A stretch of 64,000 nucleotides of DNA, from contig AP038806.1 of the NCBI GenBank assembly GCA_047150005.1, forward strand, positions 2,720,001-2,784,000. Reading direction: 5' to 3'. The stretch is from Nitrospira sp. Its GTDB lineage: Bacteria; Nitrospirota; Nitrospiria; Nitrospirales; Nitrospiraceae. This document shows positions 18,758-28,751 of the stretch, piece by piece; the first letter of the stretch is position 1, and each line of letters opens with the position of its first letter. The translations under genes and the position numbers were made by a program. A model generated the notes under the pieces. The model was not told the origin of the DNA. It saw nothing but the letters and a program-made list of their open reading frames with translations, and did not search any database.

Positions 18758-19396
18758 CTAATCCTGGTAAACACCAGGATAAAGCCGTTTGATACAGGGG
18801 AGGCAGAGCCCGTGACTGAACTCGGCCTCGGAATGTTGGCTGAGATATTCCTCCAGCTGCTGCCAGAAGCCCCCGTCATTCCGGATCTTTTTGCAGGATG
18901 CGCAAATAGGTATCAATCCACGGAGCACCTTGACCTCTCGAAGCGCGCGCTGGAGTTCGTCGTTACTCCGTTGTAACTCCAACTCGTGGGCTTTCCGCCG
19001 ATCGGTTTCCTGCTTGAGCGCCAGCGCCGACGAGACTCGGGCCAGCAGCTCCACGCTTTGCACCGGCTTGTTGATGTAATCGTTGGCGCCTGCGGCGAAG
19101 GCGGCCTGCAGGTTCGACGGATCGTTATTCGCCGTCACCATGATGACGGGAACGTCTCGAAGGTCGGCGCAGCTCTTGATTTGCCTGCAGGCCTCGACCC
19201 CGTCCTGTTCCGGCATCAACACGTCCATGAGGACGAGATCGACCCGCCGGTTCGCGTCGCCGATGTCAGGAGTGAGAAGTTTCCACGCCGATCTCGCCGA
19301 GTCGGCGCACAAAATGTCGGCATGACCGGCTTTGTCGAGAATGGAGGAAAGCAGCGCGCGCTGATCCGGAGAGTCGTCGACGATGAGGATGGTCAT
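18758..19396 (-). CDS. Response regulator with C-terminal PICxxCKKIR...FSHGLCxxC motif
   Basis: REC, coiled coil, LRGLIPICASCKKIR...FSHGLCLPC. Confidence 0.9.
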   Translation of the reverse strand: MTILIVDDSPDQRALLSSILDKAGHADILCADSARSAWKLLTPDIGDANRRVDLVLMDVLMPEQDGVEACRQIKSCADLRDVPVIMVTANNDPSNLQAAFAAGANDYINKPVQSVELLARVSSALALKQETDRRKAHELELQRSNDELQRALREVKVLRGLIPICASCKKIRNDGGFWQQLEEYLSQHSEAEFSHGLCLPCIKRLYPGVYQD

Positions 19397-19520
19397 GACC
19401 GTCTCGCGTGAACTGCAGGTCGGTCACCGCGAAGGCGCCGTTGCCCGAGAGAAATGCCAGAAAAAGTATAGCAGGGAGCAGCCGGGAGGGAAGAAAAACG
19501 TGAAGTCCTGAAGGCTCGAT

Positions 19521-19967
19521 CTACTGCAGTTTGGTCCGGACGAGATCGCTGACTTGCTTGCCGTCGACAGGCCGGCCGCCCAGACGGCTCATGACGGCCT
19601 TCATGACCGCGCCCATATCCTTCAGCGATGTCGCGCCGGTCTCTTGAATCACGTGCGCGACGACGTCGGCCAGCTCATCCTGAGTCAGGGCTTTGGGGAG
19701 ATACGATTCGATAATGGAAATTTCCAGTCGTTCTTTGGCGGCAAGCTCGCTCCGGTTTCCCTTCTCGTATTGCTCCACCGATTCCTTGCGTTGCTTGATC
19801 ATGGTGGTCATGATCCGGCTCATCTCGGCGTCGTCGAGATCTTTCTTGATTTCGACTTCCTTGTTGAGGACGGCCGCTTTGATCATTCGGATAACATCCA
19901 TGCGGAGCTGGTCGCGCGCTTTCATGGCGTGCTTGAGATCTTCGGAAAGTCGGTCGCGAAGTGACAT
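19521..19967 (-). CDS. GatB/YqeY domain protein
   Basis: LKHAMKARD, KQRKESVEQY, SYLPK, KDMGAVMK. Confidence 0.92.
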   Translation of the reverse strand: MSLRDRLSEDLKHAMKARDQLRMDVIRMIKAAVLNKEVEIKKDLDDAEMSRIMTTMIKQRKESVEQYEKGNRSELAAKERLEISIIESYLPKALTQDELADVVAHVIQETGATSLKDMGAVMKAVMSRLGGRPVDGKQVSDLVRTKLQ

Positions 19968-20183
19968 GACGAGTCAGTGTCGTGGATGAAGGTTCCCTCA
20001 GGATAGCGCGACACCCGAGGCCAGTCAATCCGGCTGTAGAACATGATGGACCGCATGGAAAGTGAGGTGAGGTAGTGTTGAGGTTGTGCGGCGGAGTATG
20101 ATACCCGGTAGCCGATTGGCGGGATCTTCGCCGGAGAGAGTGTGACAGGCAGGATCGGCGGAGCCTTATGGAGGGGCACAACT

Positions 20184-20402
20184 ATGGCGAGTCGGACAAT
20201 TGAACAAGAGAGGGGCCGCGCGGTGGGTGTCGTGTTGGTGGTTTCGGTGGTGATACTGGCAGCAGCCGGCTGTTCCAGCGAGCAACCAAAACCGATGCCG
20301 CAGCCGATGCCGGACCAGGTTCGAAGCCACGGCGATCGGACGTTCGATAAGCTCAAGCAAGAGGAACAGGAGCGGGCCGCGCAACCCTCGGCTCCTCGGT
20401 AG
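20184..20402 (+). CDS. Small hypothetical lipoprotein
   Basis: Hydrophobic stretch plus AAGC lipobox; GGAGG RBS. Confidence 0.7.
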   Translation: MASRTIEQERGRAVGVVLVVSVVILAAAGCSSEQPKPMPQPMPDQVRSHGDRTFDKLKQEEQERAAQPSAPR

Positions 20403-20404
20403 CC

Positions 20405-21862
20405 TCACTTGCCGAGTCGAAAGAGGGGACTTGCGACCCACTGCCGCATCGGTTTCAGCAGCGGCAATTCCAGCAGCAGCCGCGGGAGCGGTGCCTGTTC
20501 GACGGCGCGGGGCTCATGGAATCCTCCCATGAGTCCCGCGGAAATCACCAACCGCAGTACGCCTGATACGAAGAACACGACCGGAAGGTTCGATGCCAGG
20601 GACAGGCTCGCCCATTCGAACTGCGAAGGCAAGGCGGCGATGAGCCAGCTTCCCAGCAGCGCACCGCAACACCACCCGACGGCGTTGACCGTGCTGTACA
20701 CCGCGACGGCTTTTGCGCGATCTTCTCCCTGCACCGCGTCGAACACGTAGTTTTGAAGCCCGAGAGCCAGTCCTGCCCAAATCATGCCGGAAAAGAAGTT
20801 TACGCCCGTCATGAAGAGCACGTTCGTCGTCAGCAGGTAGCACATCGGAAGAACGGGCACGATGAAGCCCGTGATCGACAGGAGCGCCTTATTGCCGAAT
20901 CGATCGGCGAATCGGCCCCACGTCTGCAGGGTCAACAATTGTCCGAGCACGCCGGCCGCGAGCCACCCGCCGTAGTCCAGATAGGAAAGATGGAGATCGC
21001 GGAGCATATAGAGCACGAAATAGGGGCCGGCAATCAATACCGCGAGATGCATCGAGCTTGAAAACAGCAGGAAGCGGCGAAAACTTCGACTGGATTGTCG
21101 CAAGAAGGCACGGAATCCTTCATGACCAGAGCGGGGTTCCGGGTGCGGAAGATCCGGGACCGGCCGTAGCGCAAACGCGGAGAACAGCCGCGCGGTCCCC
21201 GCCGCCAAGAAAATCAGAACGAACCCGATCCATGCCGTGCGGGGCGGCCATAGGCTGAGCAGTCCGCCCGCCGCACACAATGCGCCGAAACTGACGGCGG
21301 CGACGATCGCCGCGCGGCGGGCGAAATAGGCTCCCCGCTCGTGTTGATCGAGGTGGTCCGCGATGAAGCTGGTCCACGTCGGAGCCGTGAAATGGTTGCA
21401 GGCAAAATAGAGGGCGACTCCCAGGATGAGAAGCCAAGGGCCCCAGGCAGGATACGCAAGCGGGAGGAGCAGGATGGGAATCCAGGACACCGCCTGTCCG
21501 AGGGTGCCGATCCGTACCAGGGACTTGCGATCCGGGAAACGGCGCAACAGCTTGACGGAGGCCAACTGTGCTGTAGTGCCGATCAGCTGCGGAAGTGCCG
21601 AGAGGATTCCGAGCTGAAGCGGCCCGGCCTGCAGCAGCAAGGCGAAAGCTGACAGGTAATGTTCGCCGCTGCCTTGCGTGACTGCCTGAGAGGCCCCGTC
21701 GAACAAGCCATAGCGCCGGCAGTGCAGGCGATCATGTTCCGGAGTGTGACGCGTGGACGAATGGGGCGGTGTTGAGGCGAGCCCGTGCAGACCGCTCAAG
21801 GAAAATGTCTCGTGTTTTTCAGGGTTTCGGATAGCATACCATACGGGCCGATCGCGCGCCAT
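20405..21862 (-). CDS. MFS transporter
   Basis: About 12 TM segments, WGRFADRFGNK loop motif. Start uncertain. Confidence 0.85.
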   Translation of the reverse strand: MARDRPVWYAIRNPEKHETFSLSGLHGLASTPPHSSTRHTPEHDRLHCRRYGLFDGASQAVTQGSGEHYLSAFALLLQAGPLQLGILSALPQLIGTTAQLASVKLLRRFPDRKSLVRIGTLGQAVSWIPILLLPLAYPAWGPWLLILGVALYFACNHFTAPTWTSFIADHLDQHERGAYFARRAAIVAAVSFGALCAAGGLLSLWPPRTAWIGFVLIFLAAGTARLFSAFALRPVPDLPHPEPRSGHEGFRAFLRQSSRSFRRFLLFSSSMHLAVLIAGPYFVLYMLRDLHLSYLDYGGWLAAGVLGQLLTLQTWGRFADRFGNKALLSITGFIVPVLPMCYLLTTNVLFMTGVNFFSGMIWAGLALGLQNYVFDAVQGEDRAKAVAVYSTVNAVGWCCGALLGSWLIAALPSQFEWASLSLASNLPVVFFVSGVLRLVISAGLMGGFHEPRAVEQAPLPRLLLELPLLKPMRQWVASPLFRLGK

Positions 21863-21939
21863 GGTCCGAGCCGGCCGGTCGGTCGATCGGGCGAGGTAGG
21901 TTGTTGACCCGCCGACTTCCTCTGGATACGATAAATGCT

Positions 21940-22617
21940 ATGGACGAGAACTTACAGCGACGCCCCGAGCGGGCGGATCCGGCGAATCGATGGCAGCTTG
22001 ACTGGAAGCCGATGGTGTCCTCTCTCTTGCTTGTACTGAGTCTCGTGGGCTCCTGGTCGACCGCTGCGGCCAGGGATCTCGTGGCGCCGAAGGAACAATC
22101 GGACACCGAGGTCGATCCGACGATCCTGCCCTCGTTCGATGATCAGAGAAAAGGCGTCCCACAGTCGATCTTCGTGTGGATCAAGATGGCGAAGGGTTAC
22201 GATGTGGAGTGGGATAGTTTTGGACGCAAGGGATGGTACACGCAGGATCCCCGGTTGAAGCCGATCGAGCCCGGCACCGTCTTCACACCGGACACGCCGG
22301 CTATCTATATCGTATTCGAAGTCGCGCCATTGGAAGATCCCGCTCAATTCAGCGCGCAGTGGTTTCTGGAAGGGTCGGATCGAACGATTCCCGCTTCCCC
22401 GATCGGAAAGGACACCTTGGAAGTGCCGGGGCATGAGCGCTACGGGTTTCTGGAATTGAAGCGTCCGGGAGCCAAGTGGACTACAGGAACGTATCTGACC
22501 AAGCTGTTCATTACTCCCCTCGGCCAACAGCCGTTTCACGCCGTCAACCAAGTCGGGACGATGCGGTTTACAGTCGCTGAGGCCGCATCGTCCGGCCAGA
22601 CAGGTCCCCCGAAGTAG
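21940..22617 (+). CDS. Hypothetical exported protein
   Basis: Signal-like segment VSSLLLVLSLVGSWSTAAA followed by a beta-rich domain. Confidence 0.7.
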   Translation: MDENLQRRPERADPANRWQLDWKPMVSSLLLVLSLVGSWSTAAARDLVAPKEQSDTEVDPTILPSFDDQRKGVPQSIFVWIKMAKGYDVEWDSFGRKGWYTQDPRLKPIEPGTVFTPDTPAIYIVFEVAPLEDPAQFSAQWFLEGSDRTIPASPIGKDTLEVPGHERYGFLELKRPGAKWTTGTYLTKLFITPLGQQPFHAVNQVGTMRFTVAEAASSGQTGPPK

Positions 22618-22683
22618 CCATCACGCCTATCGGCCGCGAATCATCCATATTCATTCACAAACAAGCAGGAGCGACAATTACAG

Positions 22684-22968
22684 ATGGGAACCCGCGTCAA
22701 GGTGACGGATCCGGAAAAACTCGCTTTGCTGTATGAGCGGTTTCGCGATGTGTGCTTGGTCGAAAAGGAAGTGTGGAAAGAAATCTTCATGCCGCGGGAG
22801 GTATCGCAGGGACCTGTGCGGACGAACATTCAGGACCGCTACGACGTGGAGATCGACGATCCTGCCGTCGAGGACACGCTCGATGCCAATATCCAGCGCG
22901 GGGGCGCCGCCTTAGGCGCGGCGATTCAGGAGTATCGGCAGCACATCGGATTTTACCGCTGCGGCTAG
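22684..22968 (+). CDS. Conserved hypothetical protein
   Basis: 94-aa ORF with an AGGAG RBS and protein-like composition. Confidence 0.7.
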   Translation: MGTRVKVTDPEKLALLYERFRDVCLVEKEVWKEIFMPREVSQGPVRTNIQDRYDVEIDDPAVEDTLDANIQRGGAALGAAIQEYRQHIGFYRCG

Positions 22969-23001
22969 CGCCGCGGCGTTCGGGACAAGCCAGGCCGGCG
23001 C

Positions 23002-23595
23002 TTATTTCTGCGCCAGTACCCGTTCGATTTCCTTCACCACGTCAGGCGCCAGAGGCTTGGTCCGATGATGAAAGCGCCCGACCACGTTTCCTGATCGGTC
23101 GATCAGGTATTTCTGGAAGTTCCATTCGACCTCACCGGGGAAAGGACTTTGCTCCGTCAGATATTGGTACAGCGGATGCTTGTCCGATCCCTTGACGCTG
23201 ATCTTGCTGAAGAGAGGAAAGCTCACGCTATACTTCGTCAGGCAAAACCCTTTGATCTCGGCATTGGTGCCCGGCTCCTGCTGCCCGAAGTTGTTGGCCG
23301 GAAACGCCAGGACCTCGAATCCCTGCTCGTGGTACTGCTCGTACAAGGTTTCCAGATCCGTGTACTGCGGCGTATTGCCGCAGAGGCTCGCCGTATTCAC
23401 CACCAGAAGCGCCTTGCCTTGGTATTGCTTCAGATTGACCGGCTTGCCGTCGATATCGTCCATTGTAAAGTCATAGAGACTCGCGGTCTTGGATGCCATG
23501 AGCGGCCCTTCCTGCGCGGCGCGCGCGTCGGGGAGGCCGAGCATGAATCCGGAACTCACGACGAGAGTCGAGATCGCAATGAGACGGGAGAGCAT
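23002..23595 (-). CDS. Glutathione peroxidase family protein
   Basis: LVVNTASLCG, LAFPANNFGQQEPG, WNFQKYLID. Confidence 0.93.
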   Translation of the reverse strand: MLSRLIAISTLVVSSGFMLGLPDARAAQEGPLMASKTASLYDFTMDDIDGKPVNLKQYQGKALLVVNTASLCGNTPQYTDLETLYEQYHEQGFEVLAFPANNFGQQEPGTNAEIKGFCLTKYSVSFPLFSKISVKGSDKHPLYQYLTEQSPFPGEVEWNFQKYLIDRSGNVVGRFHHRTKPLAPDVVKEIERVLAQK

Positions 23596-23614
23596 GGGAC
23601 CTCCTCCGTGACGG

Positions 23615-24532
23615 TTAGAGTTGTTGGAGCGCGGCGATCCGAGCCTCGATGGGCGGATGCGTTGCCAGCAGTTGCATCACGCCGGACGACGTGCCGGAGA
23701 TCTTCATGGTGGCCAGCGCGTCCTGGTTTGAATACTCGAACTGTGTCCGGTTGACCCATCGGTCGATTCCCTGCAACGCACCGATCATGGACTGTTTGCC
23801 ATAGACCTTGGCCGAAAAGGCGTCCGCTTCGTATTCGCGCCGCCGGGAATGCCAGCTCACCACGATCATGGCCAGGAACGACAGCACGATCTGCAGGAAA
23901 AAGTAGACCACCATGGCGAGAATCGGATTGCCCGCCGAGCCCCCCTCTTCTCGGTCGCCGCTCGGCTGCCCGACCATCGAGGCCAACAGGTTGCTGATGT
24001 AGTAGACGAAGGTATTCATCAGTCCGGCCAGGACCGTTGTCGTGAACATGTCGCCGTTGTACACGTGGCCCATTTCGTGCGCCAGCACGGCCTTGACTTC
24101 ATCCTCCTTCAGGTTTTGGAGCAGTCCCGTGGACACCGCGACCATCGAATTGTTCTTGCTCGGACCGGTCGCGAAGGCGTTGGGATCCGGCGCGTCATAA
24201 ACCCAGACCTCCGGCATGGTGATATGCAGACGTTGTGCGATTTCCCGCACCGAGCCATAGATGACCTGCTCGGCGTGAGAGCGTGGTTCGGTTATCCGCT
24301 GACAGTGCAGCATGGCCCGAGCCATCTGTTTGGAAAATAGCAAACTGATGAAGGCGCCCCCAAAACCGATCACGAGCGACCAGACCAACAGTTGCTGACT
24401 GAAGGCTCCCCGTACGTCGATGCCGAACGCCGGCAACACTACGTTGATCAGGATGCTGGCGGTTACCGACAGCGTCAGATAGATCAGGATGTTTGCAATC
24501 AGAAACAGCGAGATACCTTTCAACCACTTCAT
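23615..24532 (-). CDS. htpX: Zinc metalloprotease HtpX (M48)
   Basis: PNAFATG, AVLAHEMGH, SRRREYEAD, THPPIEARI; start ATG 24532 after a GAAGGAGG RBS. Confidence 0.93.
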   Translation of the reverse strand: MKWLKGISLFLIANILIYLTLSVTASILINVVLPAFGIDVRGAFSQQLLVWSLVIGFGGAFISLLFSKQMARAMLHCQRITEPRSHAEQVIYGSVREIAQRLHITMPEVWVYDAPDPNAFATGPSKNNSMVAVSTGLLQNLKEDEVKAVLAHEMGHVYNGDMFTTTVLAGLMNTFVYYISNLLASMVGQPSGDREEGGSAGNPILAMVVYFFLQIVLSFLAMIVVSWHSRRREYEADAFSAKVYGKQSMIGALQGIDRWVNRTQFEYSNQDALATMKISGTSSGVMQLLATHPPIEARIAALQQL

Positions 24533-24699
24533 CGAGCGTCCTCCTTCGCGCGCCTGGCGCCTGCGGTGTTTCCGCCGCCACAGTTCTGGCGGCACAGCGC
24601 TCACAATTATACAAACCTTCCGGCACTGGTTTCTACAGTAACTCCGGAACGACAAAGGTCAAGTTGACCTGTTCTCCGCCTTCCTGTTAGAACCGTCTC

Positions 24700-25134
24700 A
24701 TGATGCCGTCGCCCCTGCGATACGCCATCCTGGCGGCATTGACCACCGTGATGTCCGGTTGGGCTTTCGCCTCCGCCGCCGATGTGCCACCCCCCGCCGC
24801 GCCTTTTGCGGTCCCTCTTGGAGCCGACGGAGTGCAGCGTGCCACGATCACGCTCGACAGCTATTCCTATGCGCCGACCCATCTGATTGTCGAAGCAGGC
24901 AAGGCGGTCGAATTCACCCTGACCAGCGTGACCACGATCATCCCGCACAATTTCATCATCAAAGATCCTGCCTCAGGCCTTGCCGTCGAGCAGGATGTCG
25001 GCGCCGGCAAGACGGCCGTTGTGAGATTCACGCCGTCCAAGCCCGGGGTCTTTTCCATCTATTGCGACAAGCGGCTCTGGCCGCTACCGAGTCATCGGGA
25101 TAAAGGGATGGAAGGCACGTTGGAAGTGAAATAG
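24700..25134 (+). CDS. Exported cupredoxin-domain protein
   Basis: Signal peptide; type-1 copper ligands HNF...YC-x9-H-x4-M (YCDKRLWPLPSHRDKGM). Confidence 0.85.
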   Translation: MMPSPLRYAILAALTTVMSGWAFASAADVPPPAAPFAVPLGADGVQRATITLDSYSYAPTHLIVEAGKAVEFTLTSVTTIIPHNFIIKDPASGLAVEQDVGAGKTAVVRFTPSKPGVFSIYCDKRLWPLPSHRDKGMEGTLEVK

Positions 25135-25136
25135 GA

Positions 25137-26183
25137 GTGGCTACGGATACCACGGTCTCCAAGCAGGAACTGCTCCGCGATCTGCTCAAACGCGTCTCGC
25201 GACTCTTCTATACGACCCTGGCCGTTGTGCCCGGGGACGTGCGGGATCAAGTCAGCCTCGCCTATTTATTCGCCCGCGCCGCCGATACCATCGCCGATAC
25301 CGACTTGATCGACCGCCCTCGTCGGCTCGATTATCTCGGCCAGCTCAAAGCGCAGTTCATCAGCGACCACGTCGCCTGGATCCAAGTCAAAGACATTCGG
25401 GACGCGATCGGCCCGCTGCAGCGGCATGACGCCGAACGGGTATTGCTAGAGCGGCTGGAGGACTGCTTCCGTCTGTTCCAGTCGTTTGCGCTGGACGACC
25501 GCCGGCGCGTGCAGCGTCTCATGACGACGCTCACCCAGGGTATGGAAATGGATCTGACGGCGTTTCCCGGAACCAGCTCCGCCGATCTGACCTCGTTCAA
25601 GACCCTCGACGATCTCGACCGGTACACCTACTACGTCGCCGGCTGCGTCGGAGAGTTCTGGACCGACCTGATGTGCGCCCATCGTCGCGCGCTCGGTTCC
25701 TGGGACGTACGGGAGATGTCGGAGGTGGGGGTGCGCTTCGGGAAAGGGCTTCAGCTGACCAATGTGGTCAAGGACATCGCTCACGATTTGCAGCGAGGTC
25801 GGTGTTACGTACCGGAGGTATTGTTGTCCGAGGCCGGGCTCACTCCCAGGCACCTCCTCGATGGCCACAATCTCCCGCGCTTTCGCCCGGTGCTGGCTCG
25901 ACTGGTTCGGACGGCTGTGGAACATCTCGATCAGGGCTGGTTGTACACCATGGCCATCCCTCGTCAGGAGACTCGCCTCCGTCTTTCCTGCATGTGGCCC
26001 ATTCTATCGGCGGGCGAATCTCTGAAACTCGTTCTGAACTCTCCCGATCTGTTGAACCCCGCCGTCCAGGTCAAGATCCCGCGGAGTAAGGTGTACCAGA
26101 TCCTGGCTCTCACGACCGCCACCGGCGCTTGCGGATATGTCGGAACGGCCTATTGGGGACGATTGAGAAAGCAGCTGGCCTGA
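25137..26183 (+). CDS. Squalene/phytoene synthase family protein
   Basis: VSRLF, YLFARAADTIAD, YTYYVAGCVG, GKGLQLTNVVKDIAHD, RCYVP. Confidence 0.9.
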   Translation: MATDTTVSKQELLRDLLKRVSRLFYTTLAVVPGDVRDQVSLAYLFARAADTIADTDLIDRPRRLDYLGQLKAQFISDHVAWIQVKDIRDAIGPLQRHDAERVLLERLEDCFRLFQSFALDDRRRVQRLMTTLTQGMEMDLTAFPGTSSADLTSFKTLDDLDRYTYYVAGCVGEFWTDLMCAHRRALGSWDVREMSEVGVRFGKGLQLTNVVKDIAHDLQRGRCYVPEVLLSEAGLTPRHLLDGHNLPRFRPVLARLVRTAVEHLDQGWLYTMAIPRQETRLRLSCMWPILSAGESLKLVLNSPDLLNPAVQVKIPRSKVYQILALTTATGACGYVGTAYWGRLRKQLA

Positions 26184-26203
26184 CGAAACGGGGCATTCGG
26201 CGG

Positions 26204-27065
26204 ATGTCGTCGTGGACACAGAAGATCATCGCCACGCAAGCGATCTTGGCGGCGGCCTGGCATATTCTCAAAGAAGGAGAAAACGCTGTTGCTGCTGCCT
26301 CTGGCCTCCTCGGTCTGTGTGCTGCTGCTCACCGGCGTCGTCGCGGCTCCGGCCATCATTGAAGGATTCACCGGAATACCGGTGCCGGACGATGTGCCGC
26401 ATGTCGGGTCGGCGGATGTGCTCGGCCTCTTCTTCCTGTACGTGTCGACCTACGGCGTCGGAGTGTTTTTCAATGCCGCATTGGCTCTCGCCGTGCTTCG
26501 GAAATTCGAGGGACAGTCCGGATCCGTCGCGACGGCATTGAGCGAGGCCGTGTCGTTGTTGCCCCAGATCGTCGGATGGGCGATCGTGTCCGCCACAGTG
26601 GGCGTGCTTCTCAAGGGGATCGAACGCCGATCCGGCATGATCGGCGGACTTGTCGTCAGGATGCTCGGGTTGGGATGGAGCGTCGCCACATTCCTGGTCG
26701 TGCCCGTGCTCGTAGCGCAACGCACGGGTCCGTTCGATGCGATCAAGGAATCGGTTCAGCTCTTACGGCGAACTTGGGGAGAGAATATCCTGGCAGGATT
26801 GGGATTCGGCGTGCTGTATTGTTTTTGGGCGCTGCCCGGCGTCTTCGCGTTCGTGATCGGAGCCGGACTGGTCCCGACGCATCTCGCGACCGCGATCCTC
26901 ATCATGGCGCTCGCGATCTGCTATTTCCCGGTCTTGGGGCTCGTCTTGTCCACCCTCTCGACGATCTTCGACGTCGTGCTGTATCGCTATGCCAAATTCG
27001 GCGTCGCCACACCCGGTTTCGATCGGAGTCTTCTCGAAGCGTCGTTCGCTCCGAAAACGGGATAA
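26204..27065 (+). pseudogene. Membrane protein (DUF6159-like) split by a +1 frameshift near 26270
   Basis: ATG 26204 gives MSSWTQKIIATQAILAAAWHILK; removing one A from CTCAAAGAAG joins it in frame to KEKTLLLLPLASS of ORF 26289..27065. Confidence 0.6.
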
Positions 27066-27170
27066 GGGCCAGGAAGGAGCCTGCGGCAAATTGCGCGGAA
27101 ATTCGGCAGGTCGGTCAGGCCCGAAGCATTATGGTGCTGCCGAGACCGTGCGCCGTTCGTCAACAGCCGC

Positions 27171-27473
27171 CTACTTCTTCTGCGGCTCCAGGAGCTTGTC
27201 GCCTTTCCTGAACACCGCGTAGATGGCCTGCGATGGACAGGCGTCCAAACAGAGGCGGCAGCTTTCCAGGCAGCGGGACGGATCGAATTTGTAGGGGGGC
27301 GTCGACAGCCATGCGGCCGTCGGGCAGATGGGAACGCAAATCGCCTGGTGAAGGCAGCGGTCGGGATGCCGGACGAGGTGATCGCGAATGACCATCATAG
27401 GCTTGACTCCTTCAAAGAGACCCTGGGAAAAAATTTCGAACATGTTCTTTTTGGGGAGGCTGCTCACTTCCAT
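27171..27473 (-). CDS. Ferredoxin-like Fe-S protein (atypical dicluster motifs)
   Basis: CLHQAICVPICP and CLESCRLCLDACPSQAI. Confidence 0.8.
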   Translation of the reverse strand: MEVSSLPKKNMFEIFSQGLFEGVKPMMVIRDHLVRHPDRCLHQAICVPICPTAAWLSTPPYKFDPSRCLESCRLCLDACPSQAIYAVFRKGDKLLEPQKK

Positions 27474-27877
27474 TCCTCCACGAGGCGTTTCAGTCGATCT
27501 TTCAACTCAGGAATCTGCTCAAGGTTGTTGCGGATCGCACCGACGATCTTTTCAAGCCTGGCTGCCTTGAGCGCATCCTGATCCTGTTTCACCAGCCGAT
27601 CGTACTCCCTAAAAGCCTCCGGGTGGTGTCGCTCCAGATACGTCCTGGCGCGCTGCAGCGTTTCTCCGAGTTCGTACGGCTCCGCCGACATGGGCGGGGC
27701 AATGGTAAACGTTCCGTCACCGAAAATGATCGCCGCGGCACCCTGCTTGCCCGTCAGCGGGATCACCGCTTCGACGGACTTTCGCTCAATCGCCGTCCAG
27801 TCCGTCAGCAGACCGGGAAACCGCTTCATGAAGACCACTTTCTCCAAGTTGGCCTTCCATTTCTCTTCGACGGCCAT
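27464..27877 (-). CDS. Conserved hypothetical protein
   Basis: 137-aa ORF with GAGGA RBS inside the ferredoxin operon; overlaps the next gene. Confidence 0.75.
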   Translation of the reverse strand: MAVEEKWKANLEKVVFMKRFPGLLTDWTAIERKSVEAVIPLTGKQGAAAIIFGDGTFTIAPPMSAEPYELGETLQRARTYLERHHPEAFREYDRLVKQDQDALKAARLEKIVGAIRNNLEQIPELKDRLKRLVEEWK

Positions 27878-27896
27878 CAGGTCCTCTCGTTGCGCA

Positions 27897-28247
27897 CTAG
27901 AGGGGCAGCGGAGGGAGCTTGGATGGGACCGGATGATCGGGCATGAGCAGGCGGGTGACGATCTCGCCCCGCATCACATGACATTCCATGATTTCGGTAA
28001 CGTCGGCTTCCGACTTGACGGTGTACCACACACCCTCCGGGTACACGACGACGCTCGGTCCCTGAGCGCAATGGTCGAGACAGCCCGCCTTGTTGGCGCG
28101 CACCACGTTCTTCAAATTCAGCCGTTTGGTTTCCTGCTTGAACTTGGCGTGCAGCGCTTCCGAGCCGAGCAACGAACAGCTGCCGCGGGGATCGTCGGCG
28201 CTCCGCTGGTTCGTGCAGACGAAAATATGTCGGGCAAAGGAGGGCAA
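27897..28247 (-). CDS. Thioredoxin-like [2Fe-2S] ferredoxin
   Basis: HIFVCTNQR...GSC...KAGCLDHCAQGPSVVVYPEGVWY. Confidence 0.92.
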   Translation of the reverse strand: MPSFARHIFVCTNQRSADDPRGSCSLLGSEALHAKFKQETKRLNLKNVVRANKAGCLDHCAQGPSVVVYPEGVWYTVKSEADVTEIMECHVMRGEIVTRLLMPDHPVPSKLPPLPL

Positions 28248-28264
28248 GGGCGATCTCTATGCGT

Positions 28265-28645
28265 TCAGGCCCGCATGGTCGTCGTTTGGAATCGGTCGAT
28301 CAGGCTCTTCACGTCCGTCGCATTCAATAGCGTCGATTGGCCGGACGATCCTCCGAGAATGGCGACAATCTCCCTGAGCCGAAGCGTGGCGCGCTGGAAC
28401 GCCTCCTGATTGGAAAGTTCGGAGTGCTGCCCCGCCGCGAGCTTGTCGTGCTCGGCGCGGATGTCCCGAAAGTCTCGCTGGAGATTCTTCTGCATCGAGC
28501 ACCCTTCACAAAACCACATTGGGCTCTGGTCGCTCGAGGGCGACAGGCGGTCGTACGTGCGGCCGAAGAAATCTTTTCCAAGCGACAGCTTCATCAAGGG
28601 AATGCCGCTGGCGCGGCAGGCACTGCAGGAACCGGCGGCAGTCAT
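28265..28645 (-). CDS. Hypothetical protein with two CxxC motifs
   Basis: CSAC and CEGC; GGAGGAGG RBS. Confidence 0.75.
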   Translation of the reverse strand: MTAAGSCSACRASGIPLMKLSLGKDFFGRTYDRLSPSSDQSPMWFCEGCSMQKNLQRDFRDIRAEHDKLAAGQHSELSNQEAFQRATLRLREIVAILGGSSGQSTLLNATDVKSLIDRFQTTTMRA

Positions 28646-28751
28646 GAACGGCCTCCTCCAGGTTGCGTTTTACCGGCATGAGTGTCTCGGGAAACCAGGA
28701 CCGCCGGCGGCACGAGAAGAAAGAATTCTTTCACGAAAGGCGTCTCACTGC

